From positions 310,001 through 374,000 of the forward strand of contig OZ025727.1 of NCBI GenBank assembly GCA_964019335.1: a stretch of 64,000 nt of DNA. The letters run 5' to 3'. Under the pieces are notes generated by a model that had not been told where the DNA came from, did not search any database, and saw only the letters and a program-made list of their open reading frames with translations. This DNA comes from Diplonema japonicum (Eukaryota; Protista; Euglenozoa: Diplonemea). The translations under genes and the position numbers were made by a program. Positions 54,669-64,000 of the stretch are shown one piece after another (within the stretch, counting starts at the first letter, position 1; every line of letters begins with the position of its first letter).

Positions 54669-54870
54669 CCCCGGCGACCCGCCACATCCTTGAGAAACAA
54701 CTGTACAACTATTGTGTCCTTACCAACTCGGTTGAGGGTTTTATACCTAAGGTACCGAGGAGGGTGAACGAGGGGCCGAAGGCCACACCACAACAGAAAG
54801 GTTCGATCAAGAGATAGATTGAGACTCTTCAGGCGTCCTGCCACATACCGCAGGTACCCTTAAATGTCTC
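54669..54870 (+). mobile_element. Complete short family A copy (SINE-like, about 200 bp)
   Basis: Matches 3071-3240 and 6768-6948; intact hairpin at 54821-54870 followed by a T-tract. Confidence 0.85.
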
Positions 54871-55058
54871 TTTTTTTTTTTTTTTTTTCTTTTTTTTCTT
54901 TTTTTATCGGCTTGTGCAAACAACAAACGGGTGAGCATGAGACCTTTTACAGAGAAGCACATTAAATTTTCATTTCTTTTTTCTTTTCGCAAAAAGAAAA
55001 AAAAAAAGAAATCCCAATCTTTAGGATCCCCCCTTAATTCTCGTTCTAACAAACAACA

Positions 55059-55655
55059 ATGACTGCTGGTAGGTACAGCTCTGTTGCGACTGATGAGCAG
55101 CATGAGATGAACATGCAGCCTGTGACAGGGCAGCCTGTTGCTGCGACAGGGCAGCCTCTAGGACTTGCCGCCCCGAAGATGTGGAAGTCTGGACTTTGCG
55201 ACTGCTTCGCGACTGGGGCGAACCTGTGCTGCAACGTGTTCTGGTGCTACCCGTGTATGGCGGGGAGGGTGCACTCTGCAATGGCCGACGATCACCGTGA
55301 CCACATGAACGTCTCTGTGTGCTCCTCCCTGATCCTGGCACAGGTGGTAACGGCTGGTCTTACCGTCGGCCTTCCCCTGGCCACTCATGGGGCTGTGCAC
55401 GTTCCTGGTGCAAACATGATTGGGGCGTGTGCCGTCTTCGGGTACACCTGGTGGCAGAGGCACACGCTGAGCAAGAAGCTTGGGATCCAAGGAGACATGT
55501 GTGGTGACTGCATGATCTCGTACTTCTGCTCCTCGTGTGCCCTGTGCCAGCACCACACTGAGCTTGTTCAGCATGGTGTGAACCCTGGGTCCTGCTGCTG
55601 TGAGGTTGGTGAGGCCCCTGCTGGCGTGCAGCCTGCTTACCCGATGACTAATTAG
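55059..55655 (+). CDS. PLAC8 family protein, copy 4
   Basis: PLAC8 motifs. Confidence 0.9.
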   Translation: MTAGRYSSVATDEQHEMNMQPVTGQPVAATGQPLGLAAPKMWKSGLCDCFATGANLCCNVFWCYPCMAGRVHSAMADDHRDHMNVSVCSSLILAQVVTAGLTVGLPLATHGAVHVPGANMIGACAVFGYTWWQRHTLSKKLGIQGDMCGDCMISYFCSSCALCQHHTELVQHGVNPGSCCCEVGEAPAGVQPAYPMTN

Positions 55656-56467
55656 AAACTCTGCAGTTATCTCCTAAAATGAACTTTTAAAATAAATAGG
55701 TCTCTTCTTGTTTAATAATATTTTTAAAAGAAAGAAATAACCTATAAGCAGCTTATAAAGAAAGAAAGAAGGAAAAAAAAAAAAAAATAAAGAAAAAGCG
55801 CTCGAATGAAAAGAAAGAAAGAAAAATGGGTTTGAAATTTTATGAATTTCCTTTTCTTTTTTTTTTAAAAAGCATGTCAGATCCCTGTACTGTATCGGAG
55901 CCGACCACACACGGGCATGACGGCCGGTTACTCCCAGTCATGAGCACAGGCGTCCCCGACTACCCAGAAGGGCCTAAGCTCAGCTCGGCTGGTGAGCGTA
56001 AAGAGTAGTTTTTTTTTTTCTCCCTTCCCCTTTTGTGTCCCCACTTCTATTCTCAGACTTTTGCAGGTCGCCATGAAAGAAAATAAAAAGAAAAAGTCTT
56101 TTTTTTTTCCTCCATTCTATCCCTGACCCATCCTTCCTGCTGTTTCACCTGCGTAAAGGGAAAAAAGAAAATGTTCCATACGCAAGATGAACGGCGAGAG
56201 GGAGCACCGCAGAAAACAGAAAAAAAGAGCGCGCACAGCCCCCCTTCCACAGTTTTTTCTTCTTTTTTATATTTCTCTCTCTCTTTTTTTTCTTTTTTCT
56301 TTTTTTTTTTTGTTAAATACAAGGAACATAAAGAATCAAAAGCGTTTGGACACTTCCTGTGATTTCTTTTTCCTGAAATAGTTCCTTTTATATGGCTTCG
56401 GATTTCAAGCGTTAAAAACCCCCTACACACCACACAGGGAAACAAACAACAAAACAACAGAACAACA

Positions 56468-57064
56468 ATGACTGCTGGTAGGTACAGCGCTGTTGCGACT
56501 GATGAGCAGCATGAGATGAACATGCAGCCTGTGACAGGGCAGCCTGTTGCTGCGACAGGGCAGCCTCTAGGACTTGCCGCCCCGAAGATGTGGAAGTCTG
56601 GACTTTGCGACTGCTTCGCGACTGGGGCGAACCTGTGCTGCAACGTGTTCTGGTGCTACCCGTGTATGGCGGGGAGGGTGCACTCTGCAATGGCCGACGA
56701 TCACCGTGACCACATGAACGTCTCTGTGTGCTCCTCCCTGATCCTGGCACAGGTGGTAACGGCTGGTCTTACCGTCGGCCTTCCCCTGGCCACTCATGGG
56801 GCTGTGCACGTTCCTGGTGCAAACATGATTGGGGCGTGTGCCGTCTTCGGGTACACCTGGTGGCAGAGGCACACGCTGAGCAAGAAGCTTGGGATCCAAG
56901 GAGACATGTGTGGTGACTGCATGATCTCGTACTTCTGCTCCTCGTGTGCCCTGTGCCAGCACCACACTGAGCTTGTTCAGCATGGTGTGAACCCTGGGTC
57001 CTGCTGCTGTGAGGTTGGTGAGGCCCCTGCTGGCGTGCAGCCTGCTTACCCGATGACTAACTAG
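56468..57064 (+). CDS. PLAC8 family protein, copy 5 (near-identical to copy 4)
   Basis: One amino-acid difference from copy 4 (S8A). Confidence 0.9.
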   Translation: MTAGRYSAVATDEQHEMNMQPVTGQPVAATGQPLGLAAPKMWKSGLCDCFATGANLCCNVFWCYPCMAGRVHSAMADDHRDHMNVSVCSSLILAQVVTAGLTVGLPLATHGAVHVPGANMIGACAVFGYTWWQRHTLSKKLGIQGDMCGDCMISYFCSSCALCQHHTELVQHGVNPGSCCCEVGEAPAGVQPAYPMTN

Positions 57065-57142
57065 AGACTCTGCAGTTATCTCCTAAAATGATATCTTTAA
57101 TAAGAGCTTTCTCTTTTCTCTTCTTTTTTTTTTTTGTATTTG

Positions 57143-57495
57143 CATAGTATCCAGGGTTGACCGATCACCCACGGGCTTTTAATTACAATCGGGTTTTAAA
57201 TTGACGTCAATTGAAGAGCGAGCATGCAACCAAGCTTAAAACCCTTCTATTCGTCTATGGCAGTAAACCCGCCATGGGATTACCGAAAAGTTGTTTCTTG
57301 GCTCAAAAAAAAAAAGAAATGAAATATTGAGCATGGCCTTGGTATTTCTTGCCCGAAATATGGGTTTTAGATCGATCGATCAAACTGATCATTAATCAAG
57401 ACAACTCATCATTAACCTGACTGTGATCGGAAATCTGAAATTGCTCGGGTCGGGCTTCAAAACCCGAAGGTGATCGGTTAACACTGGGTACTATG
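57143..57495. mobile_element. CATAG-terminated MITE (inverted relative of 20163-20387)
   Basis: TIR CATAGTATCCAGGGTTGACCGATCACC / GGTGATCGGTTAACACTGGGTACTATG. Confidence 0.8.
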
Positions 57496-58420
57496 TGTTG
57501 TTGAAAAAAAAAAGAAAAAAAAAAGATTTTTCTACTGGAAAAGAATTACAAGAATGAATGGTGAGGGAGAGGAAAAAGATAATATGAAAGAAACAAAAAA
57601 AAAAAAGAACTTATTCTTTTTCCCTTTTTTTCTTCCCCACCACGAAACGGAAAAAAAAAAAAAAAAGAAGAAAAAAAAAGAAGACCACATTTCTTATTTG
57701 AGATCATCCCCCCCCGCTTTTTTTTCCCTGTCTCTTGCAGTTTTTCAAGAAGAAAAAAAAATTGAGCCTGTATAAAAGGAAAGATGGCAATGCGAGTTGT
57801 TCGGTTCTCACCTTGTTTATCTTGCTTCACCGCAGTCTTCTTACCTCTCTCTTGCGCACCTGCTTGGATAGCGTAGGAGTAGGCTCAAAAGGAAAGAAGG
57901 AAAAAAAAATAATAATTTCCCCGTTCCCCCCCCCTTATTTTTTGCTTCTTTTAATTCACACGGCGAACGACGGGAGAAGAATTGAGAAAAGAAAAATGCA
58001 AAAGAAGAAAAAAAAAAAGGAAAAGAGAGAGTGCGTTGGCTACGAATAACAGCCAGTTCTTTCTTTTTCTTCCGTTTTCACTTTTTTCCTTCCCACCTCC
58101 ACACCGTAAGCAGGAATTAGCACAAATAGCAACTTTCTTTTTTTTTTTTTTTTTTTTTTTTTTAACTAGCTCTTTCCTGCACCCCCACTGCACAACAAAA
58201 ACGCAAAGATATTAAGAATATAGCTGTCGGAAAACCCTATTCTTGAGAGAGAGGAAAAAAGAGGGGGGAAAAAAAAAACGTGTTTCGAAAAAAACGAAAT
58301 ATCTAACCAAAAGTTCACCGTTTTTTTTTTTCTTCGTTCTGATTTTCCGACATATTTTCTTTTACAAGTTTTTAATTATTTCCTTTTGATATTTTAAAAT
58401 TCTTTTTTTTTTTTTTTTTC

Positions 58421-58459
58421 CACCAACGATTCTAAAGCTACAGTTTCTGTACTTTATTG
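58421..58459 (+). other. Spliced-leader (mini-exon) sequence, 39 nt, at the 5' end of the retrotransposon
   Basis: CACCAACGATTCTAAAGCTACAGTTTCTGTACTTTATTG: contains the conserved euglenozoan core CAGTTTCTGTACTTTATTG, has the canonical 39-nt length and a diplonemid-like 5' half. Confidence 0.92.
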
Positions 58460-58591
58460 GTGTCCGACCGTGCCAATAAAGTATCACTCAGCAACGGTTT
58501 GAAAAGAAAATACAAATATTGGAAGTTGAAGCGCGACACAGATCAGCAACGTAAAGGAGAAGAGAAGAGAAGAGAAGAGAAGAAAATCGAG

Positions 58592-58633
58592 TCATATCGA
58601 TCATATCAGATCATATCAGATCATATCAGATCA
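58592..58633 (+). repeat. (GATCATATCA)n, about 4 copies, in the element 5' UTR, preceded by (AGAAG)n
   Basis: Read directly. Confidence 0.8.
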
Positions 58634-58675
58634 CAGCAAACACATTGACAATCTAAGCAACCGCGTCAGTCTAAG

Positions 58676-61600
58676 ATGGACGTTCACAAAGCTTTGAAGG
58701 GGTACGGGATGACGGCCCGCGGGAAGGGGTACGGGATTGGAAACGGAAACTCCTTCTACGGAGTGGTCGGAGAGAAGACGGGAAAGAAGGGGAGCGACGT
58801 TAGGCGTCGCATGATACAAGAGCTGCGAGGAAGCGAGGAGTACCGGGTGAATGTCATCGGAGACTACGACCTGTACTGCTCCCAGCACGCCAGGGAGGGG
58901 ACCGCCGCGGACCCGGTTACCATCCAAGCCACCGCCCGCGCACTGAAGACCGACATCCACCTGATTACGGCCGACGGCGGCGCCCTCATCGTCTCCCCTA
59001 TCGTGGGAGAGTCCAAGTCCAAGAAGCAGCCCATTCACGTCGCCTTCGACGGCCGGGCATACCTCAACGCCACGGAGCCGTTCAACGTGAACGTGCTGAA
59101 GAAAGCTATGCAGCAGTTCAAGCTGCCACGGGTCGGGATTCCAACCTCAGACGGAGAGGCGAAGGCATGGAGGGGACCGAACAGCAAGCCACCACGGAAG
59201 GAACCGCAGGCAAAGAAATGCTGGCTCCTCGAGCAGGGACAGTTCGACCTACCTTTCATAGAGTGGGAAGAGCTGGTGGCAGGAAAGGATGGCATAGCCA
59301 TCGCGACCGAGGTCAACGTGGAGGAGGCAGAAAAGATGACCTGGGACGGGAACAAGGCAGTCCTCCTCAAGCGCAACGGCAAGGGACGATACGAACACGA
59401 CGTCGTGCTCAAAGCGGCTGGAGAGTACTCGAACAGGACAATGTTCTTGCACGTACTGAGCGGAAAGATCTCGCGCTCTCAAAAAAACAAAAACACGGTG
59501 GGCATTGACCTAGCCGCGATGTACACGCGGGTAGCATTCGTCGTCTCGAAGACGCACACCCCGGCCCAGACTTGGGAGAGGGTGACCTCCGAACCCCGCA
59601 AGCTGGTCCAGGAGATGCTGGGCTGTAAGACGATCCACAGGATCGACAAGTACGTGGATGGACCGGCCCCAAGGGTTGACGTGCTCGTCACGATCGCAAC
59701 CGAGAACCGCCGCCGCCTCGTAGGTGCATCCGGGAAGATGGGGATCTTCGTCAAGCCGAAGGACGTGGAGAAGTCCCCTGTCGCCTGGCTCCCGAAGGAG
59801 ATCACTCTGGAAGAGGCACTCGAGCTGGCGGAGACTGAGAAGCAGGGGTTAGCGCTGCGCGAATCCGACGGCCGTCTCGGGGTGAGGACATCGGAGGAGA
59901 GGAAAACCACGCTCCTCGACAAGGTATTAGGCGAGGAGGAGCGACAACGCGGGCAGCATGGGGAGCCCAGGTGGCGTTTGTCGGGACTGTACGGGCAGTG
60001 CGGAGCCGAACACGTTGAGGCGATACTCGAGGCGATTAAGTGGGAGGCCGTCCCACTACACGGCGGATGGTGCAACAGCATGAGGTGCTGGTACATCCGA
60101 GGGGGCGAACCCCCAACCACGTCACTGAAGATCACGTCCCCAACTGGGCGGGTCCTCAACTGCAGGATAGCTCCCGACGTTAGAAACCCACCCGCCAAAA
60201 AGACACCGCCAGCTCAGTCCTGGGGAAGGCCGAAAACGGGGACCACAAACAACGCGGGCAAGTCGTACCTCGGAGCAGTGACGGGGTCCTCTCAACCAGA
60301 CCACAAACCACCAGCTTCAGGAAAGAAGGTTGCCCCTGCGGGTAAAGCCGCCCCACCGAAGTCCGGTAAGTCGCCCACAACATCGAAGAAAGCCGATCCC
60401 CCGGCCTTTGAGGACCGCCTCACAGCAATCGAGAACGCACTTCGTAAACTTGCAGGGGAACCGGTCAGCGACGTCAAGCCGCCGGCTGAGGTGGTCAGTC
60501 TACGGAGGGAGAACGCGGAGCTACGGGAGGAGGTCCGGCAGATGCACATCCAGATGGCCGCGCTCACCGAGCAAATTAAGAGACTCACGGAAGCGACGCT
60601 CACGAAGCCCGTCCCCGGGAACCGGGCCCCGATGATGCGCCCTGCTGCCGGGGAGGAGATGATGGACGACTCCGAAGATGACTTGGGTCCCCCCCAACTG
60701 ACGATGACACCGACATCGACTTGGACGAGGGCCCCGCCGACATTGACGACTGCCTGGGCAAGGGCATCTGCCACGTCTACAACGGGACATATCAATGCTG
60801 GAAGGGGGTGTGCCACTACTGCGGCGGGAACATCACAAAGAACAACCCAGCACAGACCTGCATATTACCAGACTGCAAAAGGGTAAAATGCCGCGGGTGC
60901 GAACAATGCGAACAATGACTCCATGAGGGCTCCCCCCAAACCCACCCCCCAAACCCATTCCCTCCGCCCCGTTCCCATCCTTCCAAATACAATCCGATAC
61001 GCTTATCTGACATGAAATTTGAACGTCTCACCGAACAGGGTATCGAACCCCACCCCGGACCAGAGCCAGAACACGAGAAATTCACCATTTTCACACACAA
61101 CGGCTCATCACTTAACAACAGGCTGAGCGAGTACTCCACCGTCCTCCCGGACGCATTCTAGGAGACAGCCCTCACGGCTCAGACGCAGCTGGAAATCGAA
61201 CACGTGCTGAGAGACGATGACTGGGGCAAACGATACGCCAGATTCTGGAGCAAGCCACAGCCAGGCAGAGAGTCCAGTGGTGTCACATCTCTGACGATAG
61301 CGAAACGGGGTGGTCTAGGAACCCTGGTGAAGAAACCACGTACGGCGGTGCGCTGTGAAACGAATGGGCCGCACAAGGACAGGTGGTCACACGTGAAGAT
61401 CTCACTCGATGGAAGCAAACGGTGGCTTCACCTGATCAACGTCTACTGCCACTCGGGCCAGGACCAAGCCAAGACGAAATACCGTGAAGAGCTTCTCCAC
61501 TACATCCTTTGCCGTCTTAAGTTCGAACTGGGAGACGTGCCGTGGTGGGCGATTTCAACACGGACGAAGTACGATCCCCCACGTTAAGGAAAGCTATACA

Positions 61601-63607
61601 GACAGACTGGGTAGACGCCGCTGCGTTCTGTGCAAGAAGGGATGGTGTACAGGCGGAGGACACGTTCGTTAGGACCAACTGCAGCACGAGGATTGACAGG
61701 GTCCTGCTGAATAACATCGCGGCCCAAGGTCTCGAACATTGCGGAGTAAACGATATGATCACCGGGTCGGACCACCGATGCTTGTCGGTGACACTCAACA
61801 TCCCAGCTTTTCGTCAACAAGTCCTGAGGTACACCATCCCACAGGAGATACCGAAGACCAAGAAGGCGCCTGGCGAGGTGGCGAAGGCACTGATGCAGAA
61901 GTCGAGGTACCGGGAGTTCATAGCAGCACAGGAGCCCACCGAAGCTTTCTCGGAGATATCAGACCTCGCAGAGGAGTACCTATTACATGGGTACAAGGGG
62001 ACGACGCGCAGCGTGTACACCGGGAGAGGCAAAGTACGGGAACCTACGAAATCGGAGCTAAGTGCGAGGTCGGCGGAGTCGGCGGTCGGAGCAGCATCGA
62101 ACAGACAACAAAGACTGGAAAAGCTGAAGCACAAGATCCGCAGTGCGAAACAGCAAATGCTAGGGCTTTATGAAAACGGACACTGCGGTCCGCCGCCGGT
62201 AGAGTTAAGGAACGTCCTCAGAAATATTGCGACTCTAGGAGAAGAACTGAAGGTTGACAACTGCCAGGTGGACGCGACAGGGGGTATCGACAGCATCAGG
62301 GAGGAGCTGGACATAGCAGAGGACTTCGCTCAGGGAATGCTATCAGAGCTACTCCAATACCGCAAGAGAATGCAGACGAAGGCCTACGAACGCTCAGTCC
62401 GTGCTGACTTTGGGGAAGAACGCAAGCACATCACAGCCTGGGTCAGAGACCGCCCAAACCAGAGAACGGACGTGGTTGAGGCAGCAGACGGAGGGGTGAC
62501 GGCGAACCTACAGGAAATGGACAAGGTGATGCGGAACGCGTGGTCGGGCGTCTTCTGTGCGCGAACACCCGAGGAAGAGCCACAGTATGAGCGGTTTGCA
62601 CAACGTTACGGGGACCTGATCAAGAAAGCCCCAATGGCACGGACTCCCATCACTGCAGAACAGCTGAGGGAAGTAATCAGGAAGAAGCCGGAGAAAGGAG
62701 CATGTGGCGTGGACGGTTGGCGGATGAGTGAACTGAAGCGTCTCCCAACGAGCATCCTGAAGGCTTTCGCAATCTAGTGCCACAACGGCTGTCTCTCGAC
62801 CTCATGGACGCCCTGGGGATGGACCAATCCATAGGGAGAGCACTCCAAGGGATGTACACCCAAATCACAAGGAGGTTCAAGTACCCCATAGGAGTGGGAG
62901 ATACGTTTGAGACAACGAACGGAATTCTCCAAGGATGCCCCCTGTCAGTCATCGTCGTCAACGCCCTGTTGTCCATCATGGTGCGGGCAGTCGAGCAAGT
63001 CGCGCCAGACGCCGAAGTGCTAGCCTACGCTGACGACGCATACCTGCTGGCAAAGCTGCGTGGCTCACTACAAGCTGCGGTCAATGGGACATTGGAGTTC
63101 TGCGACCTGACGGGGATGGAAATCAACAAGGAGAAGACTGTTGGTTTCGGCACTGCTGAAGATTTCAAGTCGAAAGTCATAGGAAACCGAACGGAGATGA
63201 GGAAAGGCTTGGAGGTCGCGGTACCCTACAAGACGGTGACAGACCTCTGCGGACTGGGGGTGAAGATCAACACACGCAGGACAGGAACGACGTGGAATAA
63301 ACCGACCACGGGGGCGCTTGGCTCGCTGGACCGACTGGGGGGCACAAGGATTGCTTTCGAAACCAAAGCACACTTGGTCAGCACGACGGCGGATGAACAG
63401 AAGAGCGTGAAGTCCCTCATCGCAATAGGTGGGAAAACGACTATGGGTTTCGCCAGGAGGCCCATCTTCGCCACCCACTCCACGCACGACAAGCTGATGG
63501 AACTGAAAGCCGCTTACAAGCGAGACCGCATCACGCGACTCCGCAAGACGCTCAAGGCCTCGATTGGAACGAAAGCAATGCTCCAGAAGGGGAGTATAAA
63601 TAGATAG
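58676..63607 (+). pseudogene. Disrupted retrotransposon polyprotein: OTU-like - ORF1-like/coiled coil - Cys finger - 2A-like - APE - RT - C-terminal motif
   Basis: Frameshift in the C7 run at 60689-60695; in-frame stops at 60916 and 61159; frameshift at about 61542; deletion of the N-terminal RT motifs at about 62777; deletion of most of the C-terminal region at about 63390. Confidence 0.8.
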
Positions 63608-64000
63608 CCCCCCCAACCCACCCAAGGGCGGCCCTCCATGAGGGGGTTTGTCCTGCACTTTGAGTTTTTTTCTATATTCACTCAGTGTGTCGGGGTGTTT
63701 CAGAATGTCGTGAAAAAAAATCAAAAAAACCACTTTTTTACCGCCAAGGAATGACTTTACCATGCCTCAGGTCCTCAGGCCAACACGGGAGCCTCGAGGT
63801 GGCAGTGAAAGTCATTTCTTAGCTTGGCAGCTATGATTTTATACATCCCCCCCATCCCCACCTCCTTACAATTCCTCCTTGCCTCTCGCTTCATTATTTA
63901 TTTATATATTTTTCTCTTTTTTTTTTTTTTTTTTAGATCAATTATTCACACCAGTTGGGAGGCCCTTTTTTTTTCGGGTGGATCAGTAAAGCAGAATGAT

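Larger units (their letters stand above)
58421..63664 (+). mobile_element. Both-ends-intact but internally deleted APE-type non-LTR retrotransposon (family C)
   Basis: SL at the 5' end; ORF from 58676; APE motifs (IFTHN, *ET, LINVY, VGDFN, RIDRVL, SDH); RT motifs GILQGCPLS, YADD, GMEINKEKT; terminal hairpin; candidate TSD TTTTTTTC (58413-58420 / 63665-63672). Confidence 0.9.

Noticed and set aside
55914-55945. SECIS element
   Set aside because: Stem length and apical AA do not fit; no in-frame TGA in the upstream gene.
58421-58560. Functional SL RNA gene
   Set aside because: Single copy, no recognisable GTATG-type intron, Sm site or T-terminator, and it runs straight into the retroelement UTR; not fully excluded without the species' SL gene.
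60686-60697. Programmed -1 frameshift
   Set aside because: The C7 run is not a canonical X XXY YYZ slippery site; a homopolymer indel is more likely.

Overview
Eukaryotic nuclear DNA, almost certainly a euglenozoan and most likely a diplonemid. Every credible host gene is on the + strand, as in a polycistronic cluster. Genes are mostly intronless and separated by long T/A/C/G homopolymer spacers, and a 39-nt diplonemid-type spliced-leader (SL) exon lies at 58421-58459. Host genes: last exon of a cadherin-like membrane protein, five PLAC8-family genes, a short mitochondrial-carrier-like protein, a purple acid phosphatase, a FYVE protein, EMG1/Nep1, a HIT-like Zn-ribbon protein, four receptor-type pseudo-cyclases, a 2356-aa PAN/EGF-repeat surface protein, cystinosin, GST-kappa, a two-intron gene that the ORF track misses, and several hypotheticals. 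The spacers hold non-autonomous DNA transposons (two piggyBac, two with ATAT TSDs, a CATAG-TIR family) and many non-LTR retrotransposon pieces. The main candidate novel system is the retrotransposon at 58421-63664. It starts with a full SL exon folded into a hairpin by its own antisense segment. It appears to encode one polyprotein (OTU-like pseudo-protease, ORF1-like region, Cys finger, 2A/StopGo-like peptide, APE, RT). Like its sister families here, it has no poly(A) tail: it ends in a covarying hairpin followed by a sense-strand T-tract that is at least partly target-site duplication. All calls come from reading motifs by eye; no database searches were run, and homopolymer lengths may include assembly errors.
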